DNA of 64,000 bases from Desulfatiglandales bacterium (GCA_963667015.2 CAXXJJ010000004.1:1888001-1952000); one strand, 5' to 3'; positions 30,092 to 39,807 are shown, numbered from the stretch's first letter. Numbers and translations: made by a program. Notes: generated from the letters alone by a model not told the origin.

Positions 30092-31564
30092 TCATGAGCC
30101 CTTTGAGACCTTTGTGAGACCTTTATTTGCAAGCACATAGTGTGTCCCTTTTCCGGTCGTTCCTATTTTGCACAGAACACCTTTTCCTGTTAGAGTTTCC
30201 AGATGTCGTGAAGCAGTTGGTTTCGATACTCCAAATTTTTCCTGGTATAACTTGTTAGTTATCCTATCACCGGCTTTAAGCATCACGATCAATTTACGTT
30301 CATTATCTGTCAATCCTAGTCGATCCATTACCTCATCTGTCAGCCAGTCACGCCATAAGGTTAAAACAAATGATCCGCTCTGTTGCCTGAATTCAGGGGC
30401 AGGCAGTCCTGCTTCTGCACAAAGGTTGATCATCTTCTGTGTCCCTGATCCTGCCTTTTCAATATACCTTGTCAGATAAAGCGACTCTGCAATAAGCGGG
30501 TTATTGGGTATTGAAGGATGGTCGGCAAAAAGATCATCAATGGTGAGTGACCCGGGGAGTTTCCCCGGATTCCATACCTCAAGCCGGTCAGAGAAAAGGC
30601 GCACCTCCACAGATGCATTGCTGTAATAATCCCGGTGTGCAATAGCATTGATAATTGCTTCAGCTATAGCATCCGGAGGGAGTTCATATGTCGCGGAAGC
30701 CTGATTGCTCTTCTCCCGTGTTCCTATGGCACGGTTGATTTTTGAAAGAACAAAGTCCTTTGCCTGATCTGCCTGTTCAAACAGGTCCCCCTCATAAATC
30801 TGCATTGAAGCAAAGGGTCTCTGATATACTGTGCCATGGCAGTGAATACACTTTATTTCGGCAGGACGAAAAAAACTTTGAGGTTTTAAACCGAAGAGAA
30901 GTATTGCCGCATTTGTCGGGTGTTCGTGTTCAAAAAGATTAAGATGCGTAAGTAGCCCCTTTGGCGGGGTATTCATTTTTAACGGAAAATTTCGTTCATG
31001 TCTGGCTGTTTCTAGAAACCATTCCATACGTTTTTTTGACAGGCTCTTCAAAGTGGCTTTCTCTGCGGGTGCAGCATCAAAGGGTGCAATCTTTAAAGCT
31101 CCCATGTCATCAAGATAATCGACCAGGCTTGCATATACTTCAGAAGTCAGTGAATTGGAGTTTTCAACCCTTCTCCGAACAAGGTTTTTACTGATCTTTT
31201 TAACAAGTTTCTGCATTTTGGGGTGACGTTTTTTGTCATCTGTCCCCCAGATATTAATAAGTCTTGTCTTACCCTTTTCCGTGGCATGATTAAATTCCTG
31301 CTCAGTTGGAGATATACCCGACTCTGTTTCAAAACCATATTCATACCCGAATATTCCCAAATAAATATCACATCTCTCAACTTCCTTAAGGTATATCTGG
31401 TCAGTCCTTTGATCTTTCGCGGGCAATTCCTCAAAAAGAAAGACATCGGAAATAAACCGACGCAAAAATGCATCACCAGTAAGAAACGCCTTAAGATCAC
31501 GCCTGATATCAGCAAACTCGTTTTGTACGCTGCTTATGAATATCTTCAGCCGGGTGGCAGGCAT
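30092..31564 (-). CDS. DUF4062 + HATPase_c_4 (RecG-C-like ATP-binding) + wHTH protein
   Basis: KIFISSVQNEF, V..CDIYLGIFG..YG, ISPTEQEF; EAIINAIAHRDY, DRLEVWNPG, IEKAGSG; C-terminal HTH with 9-bp GAGCCCTTT-type repeats. Confidence 0.85.
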   Translation of the reverse strand: MPATRLKIFISSVQNEFADIRRDLKAFLTGDAFLRRFISDVFLFEELPAKDQRTDQIYLKEVERCDIYLGIFGYEYGFETESGISPTEQEFNHATEKGKTRLINIWGTDDKKRHPKMQKLVKKISKNLVRRRVENSNSLTSEVYASLVDYLDDMGALKIAPFDAAPAEKATLKSLSKKRMEWFLETARHERNFPLKMNTPPKGLLTHLNLFEHEHPTNAAILLFGLKPQSFFRPAEIKCIHCHGTVYQRPFASMQIYEGDLFEQADQAKDFVLSKINRAIGTREKSNQASATYELPPDAIAEAIINAIAHRDYYSNASVEVRLFSDRLEVWNPGKLPGSLTIDDLFADHPSIPNNPLIAESLYLTRYIEKAGSGTQKMINLCAEAGLPAPEFRQQSGSFVLTLWRDWLTDEVMDRLGLTDNERKLIVMLKAGDRITNKLYQEKFGVSKPTASRHLETLTGKGVLCKIGTTGKGTHYVLANKGLTKVSKGS

Positions 31565-31674
31565 CTGATTATTTTTCCTCGTTTTTTATTTCTGTTTCAA
31601 TTATCTTTTTAAAAACATCCTTGTTACTGAACAGTCCTGAAGTTGTCACATGTCAAGGGCAGACCCCGGATTTT
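31488..31674. repeat. Direct repeat B, copy 2
   Basis: Near-identical to 28254-28440; ends in TGTCAAGGGCAGACCCCGGATTTT. Confidence 0.92.
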
Positions 31675-31678
31675 TTCA

Positions 31679-31891
31679 CTATTGAAAAGAAAGAATTCCA
31701 GAAATGACAGAAATAGCTAGAAAGGTCGACACCCATTTAAGATTACAAAGACATGTAGATTTAACATCTTCTGGCAAATCCCATTTAAACAAACCCCAAC
31801 CTAAAGAGAGAATAAGGCCATCAACAGTTATAATTGTTGATAACAATGATTTTCCTGAACCTTCATCACGTTCAAACATTTTACCCTCCAT
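31679..31891 (-). pseudogene. Short two-TM membrane protein, probably truncated at the GACCCC motif
   Basis: 70 aa with two hydrophobic stretches; starts just after the attC-like site and stops within 5 bp of repeat B. Confidence 0.45.
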
Positions 31892-31939
31892 ATAATTTAT
31901 TACATTTTGTTAAAGTAATACAATTTCGAAAGAAAAGGG

Positions 31940-32060
31940 GCACAACGTTTCGTGCAGCGCGTGTATCATAATTTTATTTTACACTCTGCATAACTTCCTT
32001 TTTTTTATTCAAGATTCAAGACGCTGCACAGGTACCTCGGACTGCAGCGTTTTATTGACA
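31940..32060 (-). other. attC-like integron recombination site (R'' degenerate)
   Basis: Immediately after the TAA of the large ATPase gene: TGTCAAT-N5-GCTGCAGT ... GCTGCAC-N5-GTTGTGC; L boxes pair with one extra base. Confidence 0.55.
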
Positions 32061-35000
32061 TTAAATGCTATCATAAAGAACTCCTAATATCTTTCGGATT
32101 GAATATATTTCCGGCAAAGAAATAGAAGGACCCTCAATACCTTCTGTTCGTAATAAAATCGATTCACCTAATCCGCCTATGGATTCAAACTGACGTATAT
32201 AGGGGTAACCTGGTAAAGATTCTCCAATTTTTTTTAAAAAAGATCCCTCACTTGTGGAAATAGCTACAGGAGTTCCTTTCATATTTGCTATTTCATTAAT
32301 TTTTAAAAGTTTTCCACCTAAAATAATTTGTCCTGGAAGTGCTAAAGGTATGGCGCTATCTCCTCGCACTTTAAAAACAAGTTGAACATTGTCAGTAATA
32401 TCAAAATGATCTAGTAACAATGCCTCATCAGAAGGTCTTGGGAAATGTGGACGATCATCGAACAAAATACCAACAACATTAAGTAATCGTACTTCTTCGG
32501 CAGGTAAAAAAATAGTTGGAGGTCGTTTTAATGGAATCTCAGCTTCCGAACCTAAGACGACTATATTCTGGTTAGAATGGCTACGGAATAGACGACGAGC
32601 ATAGGTTTTATTCTCATGCATTGCAATGACAAGCATTTTATCAATTATCGGTCTCTCAGATAAATCTACAATCGCACGACAATTTGGGGTTCCAGCAAAC
32701 CCAAAATTATGAGTGTTTATATAATATAATGTATGATTTTTAAACCATTTATCAGAAAAATATTCATCGGACTCGGTAACATCGCATATAGGAGTTTCGC
32801 TAGTAAAAGCTGCCAAATCTAGGATTACTGGGACATTAAATGATGGAGGTGTGATAGGCTCAGGACAAGCTGGCAATGATGTTAAAGGATCTCTGGGATC
32901 ACGCCTCAGCCATCGTTCATATTCTTCATGGGCGTTATCAACTAAAGTCCGTATTCGTACACATTCATCTTTCACTCTCTCAACAGCATTGAACGAAATC
33001 TCACTTTCATTCCCGTGGTGGACCTGATTCATCAAATTAATAAAGTCGCTATTGTTTGACAATGCAGGGTCTAACGTTAGTTTTTTAAAGGCTTTACTAG
33101 CAAAGGCTTCTTGAGGATTTTTTTTCATTCGACTACGTATACCAGAGATTAAATCCGATAGCGTCGGTTTGATTGGTAGACCTGAATTGTGAATATCAAA
33201 AAAATCTAGCAACCGATTTTCAATATAGATTCGGAGATCTTTAATGTAATCACGTGCGGGTTGCGCTTCATTTCGATTTTCAGGACGTTCGAAAGTTTTT
33301 TGTTTAGCTTCTATTGCTTCAATAAATTTACCAAGTACAATATGGTGCCTAGTTGGATTTAATGTATGAATCTGTCTACGATCAATCTTTTCAGCACCGA
33401 TTTTTGCATTACTCGAAGCTATGACTCTCCTTGCAAAAGTAGTGTCATTCGTTGTGATAATTATTTTTGCACCATTTTCAACAATTATAGGAATAGTGTT
33501 TGCAACACGCCTGCGGTTATCTATATCAAAAAGTTCATGCAAATCATCTAGCAATAGAAGTGAAAGACCGCCTCTAACTTCCATCAAATGTTGCCAGAAA
33601 GCGATAAGAAAAGAAAGGAGTGTTGCACGTAAGTCAGAAGAATTACTTATATGTTGCGCAGATACTTTTGTCCCATCGACTTCAGAATTGAAAGCGATAG
33701 TTCCATCCAACTCCACATCAGTATCAACAACTTTGGGTGCATCAGCAAACGCAGGTATATAAAAGTCATCTCTCCATTTTAACGTTCCCGAAATTAATTT
33801 TTTTATTAGAAATGCAACTTGCCTTTCAACTAGATCATCTAGGCTAATGAGTTCTTCAATTGCTTGAGCCGTCCTCTCATAAACCGATATTCTTTTTTCT
33901 TTTTCTCTTCTAATTAAAAGACTGTCTTTCATTGCCTTAATCTTATGGAAGGATTCTCTCAGAGGAGTGATACCTTTTATCATATTATCTAAAGCAACAA
34001 GGCAGTCAGATAGAGAGTGGTGGCCATTAGAAAAATCACTGATTTCTATCTTATCTGCAGGTGTAAGTTTCCCAACAATTTTTATAAATGCTTCCTTGCA
34101 TTTAGCTCCATTTACATGTCTCCACCGGGCGAAAGCTATAGCTCTTATTATTCTTCCAATAGCTTGCTTTAGACCTCCTTTACTATCTTTAAAATAATCC
34201 GGTAGATCAATTTCCTTGGGTTCTTTGAAATTTTGTAAACTTTGAAATTCTATAGCACATAGAGTTTTAGTGAGTTCCTTTAAAGGCATGAGACTTCCTT
34301 GAAAGACCTTGGATTCAAAAAGTTCTTCAGTAATTGCCATTGTAATTAAATCTGTTGGCTTCTCGGGAAGTATTTTTGTCATTTCAGAACGAAGGGCCTC
34401 TGGTAAATTTTGGGAGAGTTTAGCTTTTGTATCTTCTTCCCAGTTCTTTAAGGTTTTTTCAAGGTAACTACTATCAATCTGAAGATTTTCTTGAATATGG
34501 TCTGTGATTAATCTGCCGGTTAGAGTATCTATCTTTTCGTTAATTACACTTTGGCATATAGCGCAAGAGTCAATGTTATGGGTTTGGCTTGGGAGTTCTT
34601 TTATCCAGCCCGCTACCTTTGCATAGAGCCGAAGCCTCGCGGCTACGTCAGGCGTTTTATCAATTTTGATAATTTCTTTAGCTTCTACTACTAACTCTTT
34701 AATGATTGATTCAGCTTTTATAAGATCTTCAGATGTTAGAGCCGCTAGATTCGCTAAACGGTTCGCGCTAGGAAGTCGTTGAAGGTTGCCTATGTCAAGT
34801 AATCCCAATGCTGGGCCAACATTTTCAATAAGATCAGCACTTGCTTTTTTATCCTCATGATTAAAAGAATCCCCTAAAATCAATTTAGCCTCTTCTAATG
34901 CCTTGTTTTGTAGTCTTTCAAAATGTTCATAAAGTTCTTTTAAATCTTTTTCAATTGATTTATCTGAGCTAGGAGATGGTAAAGGCTTTTTAGGAGCTAT

Positions 35001-36032
35001 TTTTGGATGTGCTTTAATAAGCTCATCTAATTCCTTTTGCACTTTTATAAATTCCGAATCAGCTTCACTAATTTCTGTATTACGATCATTGACAAGATCT
35101 TTTTTAAATTTTGTTTGTGACTTTAAAGCATGTTTTGCTAAATCTTTAAGGGGCTTTATACCTGTTAAACCTGCAACCGCTTTTCCTAAATCTGATGCAA
35201 CACCTAATTGTAAATAAGGTATTAAACCAGGCATTTTCGTACCAATCTCGCGAGCAATAGGGTCAAGACCTAGTGAAGAGAAATCTGGTTCATCAATAAC
35301 GATTCTTCCTCTTGCAGTTCTGCTAATAGAGCGTTTTATAGTGCCAACTTCATTACCGTCATCGTCAATAAAAGTAGTTTCAACCCATGTATCGAGGGGT
35401 AAGGGCTCTTTCCCCAAAGATGTCAATATTTCTGCCGAGGGTATTGGAGTAATTGAGGTCATATTATGAGTTACCATGTCGTTGGAATCAGAATCCATAA
35501 TTGGGACTATTTCTAGCTCAACAGGTTTATCAACAAATTCTGGCGCCCTCTGCGATCGATAAACATTGCCAGTAAGGCACCAAGTGATAGCGCTAAGTAA
35601 AGAAGTTTTCCCTGCTCCATTCATCCCCTCAATCATAGTTAATGGTTTTTCGAACTCGAAATAGAAATCTTCAGGAGGTTGATGCAGTTGCCCATATCTG
35701 TGAATACCAGCGAAACGATGAGCTCGGACTGATTTTAAATGTATTTTTTTAGGTAACTCCTTGGACGAATCAGCATAGGTGTTTTCGGGTAACTCAGGCG
35801 GATCTTTTTCTATCTGATCGGCTAAATCCTCTAAGTCTTGCTTCATGACATTCTTTGCCCATTTAGAAGGATTTTTTCTATACCAATCGAAGATCGCTCG
35901 TGCTTCTGATGAATGTAGGCGAAATTCATTCCCGTCGTCATCTATAATGACTGTACGCCCACTTACAAGTTCTTCACAAAGTGTTTTAAGAGTATGTATA
36001 TATAATCGAGTTCCTTGTTCTGAGTTATGCAT
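32061..36032 (-). CDS. SMC/RloC-like ABC ATPase with zinc hook, HEPN-like region and tandem C-terminal S24/LexA-like domains; start taken at MHNSEQG
   Basis: LKSVRAHRFAG, Walker A GMNGAGKT, coiled coil with CAIC, signature-like SNSSD, Walker B LLLLDD, NQVHH, then VPVILDLAA... and FKVRGDSAIP; AT-rich codon usage. Confidence 0.8.
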   Translation of the reverse strand: MHNSEQGTRLYIHTLKTLCEELVSGRTVIIDDDGNEFRLHSSEARAIFDWYRKNPSKWAKNVMKQDLEDLADQIEKDPPELPENTYADSSKELPKKIHLKSVRAHRFAGIHRYGQLHQPPEDFYFEFEKPLTMIEGMNGAGKTSLLSAITWCLTGNVYRSQRAPEFVDKPVELEIVPIMDSDSNDMVTHNMTSITPIPSAEILTSLGKEPLPLDTWVETTFIDDDGNEVGTIKRSISRTARGRIVIDEPDFSSLGLDPIAREIGTKMPGLIPYLQLGVASDLGKAVAGLTGIKPLKDLAKHALKSQTKFKKDLVNDRNTEISEADSEFIKVQKELDELIKAHPKIAPKKPLPSPSSDKSIEKDLKELYEHFERLQNKALEEAKLILGDSFNHEDKKASADLIENVGPALGLLDIGNLQRLPSANRLANLAALTSEDLIKAESIIKELVVEAKEIIKIDKTPDVAARLRLYAKVAGWIKELPSQTHNIDSCAICQSVINEKIDTLTGRLITDHIQENLQIDSSYLEKTLKNWEEDTKAKLSQNLPEALRSEMTKILPEKPTDLITMAITEELFESKVFQGSLMPLKELTKTLCAIEFQSLQNFKEPKEIDLPDYFKDSKGGLKQAIGRIIRAIAFARWRHVNGAKCKEAFIKIVGKLTPADKIEISDFSNGHHSLSDCLVALDNMIKGITPLRESFHKIKAMKDSLLIRREKEKRISVYERTAQAIEELISLDDLVERQVAFLIKKLISGTLKWRDDFYIPAFADAPKVVDTDVELDGTIAFNSEVDGTKVSAQHISNSSDLRATLLSFLIAFWQHLMEVRGGLSLLLLDDLHELFDIDNRRRVANTIPIIVENGAKIIITTNDTTFARRVIASSNAKIGAEKIDRRQIHTLNPTRHHIVLGKFIEAIEAKQKTFERPENRNEAQPARDYIKDLRIYIENRLLDFFDIHNSGLPIKPTLSDLISGIRSRMKKNPQEAFASKAFKKLTLDPALSNNSDFINLMNQVHHGNESEISFNAVERVKDECVRIRTLVDNAHEEYERWLRRDPRDPLTSLPACPEPITPPSFNVPVILDLAAFTSETPICDVTESDEYFSDKWFKNHTLYYINTHNFGFAGTPNCRAIVDLSERPIIDKMLVIAMHENKTYARRLFRSHSNQNIVVLGSEAEIPLKRPPTIFLPAEEVRLLNVVGILFDDRPHFPRPSDEALLLDHFDITDNVQLVFKVRGDSAIPLALPGQIILGGKLLKINEIANMKGTPVAISTSEGSFLKKIGESLPGYPYIRQFESIGGLGESILLRTEGIEGPSISLPEIYSIRKILGVLYDSI

Positions 36033-36367
36033 AATTCCACCCATCGATTTCATTAATAGTAGAAAAACTACACAAGGGTAGACTTTCAATATTGATATAT
36101 TCCGTCCACTCTAAACGCAAAACGAATAATATATTAAAGACAACTGGATTCCTCAATTCCCGAAAATAGCTTTGCCCTGTTAAATGCTGGTTCCCAGCCC
36201 ACTTTGTGGATTTAACAGGGTAAAAATGACGACAAAAATACACTTAGTAATCTTTATATGATGAAGCGTATAGGCGCTTTATTGCGGTAATTTATTATAC
36301 CCGAAAAGATACATGATATTCTTAAAACTTATTTAGGAATTATTCAAGAAGGAAAAGCCGGAGAGCT

Positions 36368-36484
36368 GAAATCAGAGGTCAGGGGAAAAATAGGCTGCCG
36401 TTCCCAATCAACTCTTTTTTCTTGGTCGTCGCCAAGGCTTTGCCGGGCCAGGGAAGCGGTTTAGTCTGAAGGCTGTTAGGAAAA
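36368..36484. repeat. Imperfect direct repeat C, copy 1
   Basis: gaaatcagaggtcagg..aaaaatag.ctgccg...gcca.ggaagcg..ctgaaggctgttaggaaaa, shared with 39688-39778. Confidence 0.65.
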
Positions 36485-36607
36485 GGAAAAGAAAAGAGAT
36501 CAGAGATCGGAGATCGGAGGTCAGTGATTTTTCTCAGATACTCTTCGAAATGACAGAATTAAATAATCAATAAAGTTTACTGAGGGAAAAGATCAGGATG
36601 CTTTTTC

Positions 36608-36796
36608 TCAAGCCACGCTTCTCTTCCCGGCATATTCAAGGGTAACAACCTTTGCACGATCCAGTTTTGCCACATCGAATTTTTCAGCTACAGATGGAAA
36701 TAACTTTTCCATCAGTTCCTGGGAAGGCTCTGTATTTTCATTCAATGCTTCTATTATCTTTGCTTTTTCTTCTTCAGGGAGGTTTGTCTTTGGCAC
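36608..36796 (-). pseudogene. N-terminal remnant of a probable site-specific (type III Mod-like) DNA methyltransferase
   Basis: 62 aa with GGGAG RBS and GTG start ending TLEYAGKRS; resembles Mod N-termini, no catalytic motifs left; abuts heptamer repeats. Confidence 0.45.
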
Positions 36797-36917
36797 CTCT
36801 ATATCTCCCGTGATTTAAAATCTTTTATGTTGTTATACCGGCAAAAGCTGCTTTATCAGCGAATTAAACTAATACATTTACTCCGCCATTTATAGTGCCA
36901 TTTACTCCGCCAGTTTT

Positions 36918-38546
36918 CTAATCGCCATTTATAGTGCCATTTACTCCGCCAATTACATGGTATCCGCCTGTTTTTAAACTGCCCCTGTATTCAATTCTGT
37001 TCGATTCAGTAAGTTCCTTAAGCCTGCGTTGCAGTGTGCGAACAGGGATATCAAGGGTTTCTGAGATCTGTGGTCTGCGCAGACCAGGATTATTTTTGAT
37101 AAATTCCAGCAGGATTTTTACTTCCCAATTTATAGTGCCATTTACTCCGCCATTTATAGTGCCATTTACTCCGCCGCGCACCCAATCCTTTATAAAATAT
37201 CCACCTGTTTTTGAACTGCCCCTGAATTCTATTCTGTTCTGGTCTCTGAGTTCTCCAAGCCTGCGTTGCATTGTTCGGACAGGGATATCAAAGGCCTTGG
37301 AGATCTGGGCAGTTCGAAGACCGGGGGAATGCCAGATGAATTCCAGCAGGTCGTCTATTTCCTTTTTTTCTACTTCAGTATTATCCATTTTTACAGGGGT
37401 AAGATCCTTTTGTACCTTTTCAATGGCTTCATCCATCCCTTTGCGTCTGAAGGTGATGGAGAACCAGGCACCATCTGTCTCTATAATTGGCGGTTGCAGA
37501 CCATATGCAGCTATTGCATCACGGATACGTTTAATCCCCGAGCCCACCTCCTCAACCAGATCCATCCGTGCCATAAGCGAGAAAAGGAGCAGGTTTCGGG
37601 GGCGACTTACGCGTCCGAGGTCCTTTAACCTGAGCCCGGGGACCAATCCTCCCGGGTTCCATACCTCTACCCTGTCCTGAAATATGTTAACCTGAATATT
37701 GGAAGTGGAACGGTAATCCCTGTGAGCCAGGGCATTAAGCAGAGACTCCCGGAGCGCTCTTTCAGGAAGTTCGGGAATCTCCTCACGTGGACCGCTTTTT
37801 ATTACATACTCTGTATTGAGATGAGACAGGAGGTAGGATGTTGCTGCATTGTAATTTTCGTATATATTGCCATCATAGACAGTGTGATCAAGTATCTTTG
37901 GTTTGGTCTTCCCCTGAAAAAGAGTGCATGACAGGGTTGCCTGCAGGAAAAAATCGGAAATGTTTTTACCGAAAAGAAGAACTCCTGCGTTCATCATGCC
38001 TTCGCCTGAAAGGATATGGAGATTTTTTAAAACATCTTCTCTTTTCAGTCCGCCGGGAATACCTGCAAATTTGACAAAGGATTGATATCTGGCCGGGTCA
38101 AAATCCTTCCGCATATTGAATTTTTTACATGGCTGTTCATCAAAGCGGATAAGTCCTTCCTTAAAAAAGAATTCCCGGATCTGATCTCTTTTCATGCTCT
38201 GGCTGTTTGCTGCTTCGCGGATATAGAAAAGCCCATTGGCTGAATATGGTTTGTTAGGGCCTGAAGGAACTGTTACGATAATTACATTCTGGACAGATCT
38301 GATATCCAGGACAAGTGGAGGATCAATGTTTCTTGCTGTTGATTGTATATCCGAAATGGTTTTATTAGTGTCTCTGACCCCTGTTATTTCGCCCTGATCA
38401 TTAATTCCAACAAGGATATAACCGCCTGCTGCATTTGCAAAGGCGCAGATTTCTCTGGCAATGTGAGAGGGCGAAGATTTAAACTCGATAGTATAACCTT
38501 CCCCGGTACTGATAAGTTTTGCCAGTTCTTTGCTGTCATTAACCAT
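36918..38546 (-). CDS. AlbA_2 (Schlafen-like) + HATPase_c_4 + duplicated wHTH protein
   Basis: GEGYTIEFKS, ICAFANAAGGYILVG; RESLLNALAHRDY, VEVWNPGG, EEVGSGI; two copies of L.FI...PGLR..QIS...IPVRT.QRRL..L....RIE.RGS.KTGGY; GGVNGTIN repeats. Confidence 0.88.
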   Translation of the reverse strand: MVNDSKELAKLISTGEGYTIEFKSSPSHIAREICAFANAAGGYILVGINDQGEITGVRDTNKTISDIQSTARNIDPPLVLDIRSVQNVIIVTVPSGPNKPYSANGLFYIREAANSQSMKRDQIREFFFKEGLIRFDEQPCKKFNMRKDFDPARYQSFVKFAGIPGGLKREDVLKNLHILSGEGMMNAGVLLFGKNISDFFLQATLSCTLFQGKTKPKILDHTVYDGNIYENYNAATSYLLSHLNTEYVIKSGPREEIPELPERALRESLLNALAHRDYRSTSNIQVNIFQDRVEVWNPGGLVPGLRLKDLGRVSRPRNLLLFSLMARMDLVEEVGSGIKRIRDAIAAYGLQPPIIETDGAWFSITFRRKGMDEAIEKVQKDLTPVKMDNTEVEKKEIDDLLEFIWHSPGLRTAQISKAFDIPVRTMQRRLGELRDQNRIEFRGSSKTGGYFIKDWVRGGVNGTINGGVNGTINWEVKILLEFIKNNPGLRRPQISETLDIPVRTLQRRLKELTESNRIEYRGSLKTGGYHVIGGVNGTINGD

Positions 38547-38548
38547 AA

Positions 38549-39490
38549 TCAGGCAGAAAAGCTCCTCTCAATCAGATGATTCAGGACATCTGTTTTTGAT
38601 TTATATTCTTCCTGGGGCAGCAGTGTAAATTTATTAATCCTTAAAAAACGATACCCATAGCTTTCAAGTTCAAGTTGCCTTGCAATATCATAATCGAGAT
38701 ATTGCTGTGAAAAATTGTGTCCTGTTACGATATCAGGATTTTTAGTATGGTATTCAACACCGTCATATTCCAGTATAAGTGTTTGCTCCTTTCCTCCCGT
38801 TGAGAAGGTCATAAGGAAATCAACACGGTATTTTGGTATCTGCCGGGCGAATTCGGCCTGGAGATATTCACCGATCTTAAACTGGGGGATGATCCGGATA
38901 TTTTCTCTGTTTGATTTCACAAATTCTGTGTTGATCAAAAGAGAGTAGAGATCCTTTTCAGCAGGTGAATCAAATATTGATGGATCTTCTACAAAAAAAT
39001 CACTCTTTTTGGCTTCTTCAAGGATTTGAAAATAATGTTTAAGGGCATCTCCCAGCCTGGTTTTGGCATACTTCTCAATAGGCATGCTATGAACAAAAAC
39101 CATAATATCCTTAGCCCGGCTGAAACCGACATTAAGCCTTTGCATCTTTAAACTTCTGATTGTATCGGCGGCTCCTCCGATTACCGGATAAATACTTCTC
39201 AAGTCGCTGTTTCCATATTTATCATCTTCTACCAGCGAATAATAAACAAGATCCCGCTCCTCACCCTGTACGTCTCCAACAAACCAGATAGACAGGTCAT
39301 GATTTTTTTTAAGTGCCGGGAGGTTCATCTTTTCGTACAGGAGTTGTTCCATCCTGGATTGCTGTTCCCTGAATGATGTAATAATTCCTACAGTACCATT
39401 GAAACCATTTTTAATACGACTATCCAGATCTGTAATAATTGCATCTATTTCATCCAGATTTACGTTTGAGCCCGAAACCGAACCTATCAA
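38549..39490 (-). pseudogene. C-terminal fragment of an SF1 (DNA2/NAM7-like) helicase fused to a DUF559/Vsr-like nuclease
   Basis: VGIITSFREQ, VQGEERD, RLNVGFSRAK (helicase motifs IV-VI), then YRVDF...LEYDG..YH...DIARQLELESYGYRFLRI; Walker A/B half absent. Confidence 0.75.
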
Positions 39491-39687
39491 AAACCTCTTT
39501 TTTATGCCAGTTAATTGCCTCTGGATGAGGTAAAGAATTTATTAATTTTAGATTTAAATAGCAGAGAATTTATTATTTTATGAATAATTTTTTTTAGCAG
39601 AAAATTATTGGTTGGGCAAATAAAAAGACAGGCTGGTAGTCTGCAGGCTGAGGGCCGTTAGGAGAGAAAATTATAAACCAGAGGTCG

Positions 39688-39778
39688 GAAATCAGAAGTC
39701 AGGATAAAAATAGCTGCCGCCTTCGCTGAAGCTTCGTCGTGCCATGGAAGCGCTTTCGGCTGAAGGCTGTTAGGAAAA
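39688..39778. repeat. Imperfect direct repeat C, copy 2
   Basis: See copy 1; contains the REP-like palindrome ccgccttcgctgaagcttcg. Confidence 0.65.
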
Positions 39779-39807
39779 AAGATGAACTGCTGAATCTTCC
39801 GCATTAG

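Noticed and set aside
36175..36220. 11-bp inverted repeat CCCTGTTAAAT..ATTTAACAGGG and 72-aa ORF upstream of the ATPase
   Set aside because: No U-tract, attC geometry or recognisable protein motif; cannot assign a function.
36918..36920. Pyrrolysine read-through of the in-frame TAG
   Set aside because: Only 17 low-complexity codons follow; repeat slippage or a nonsense mutation is simpler.
36875..37175. CRISPR array
   Set aside because: 12-bp units are contiguous coding repeats without unique spacers; no cas genes in the window.
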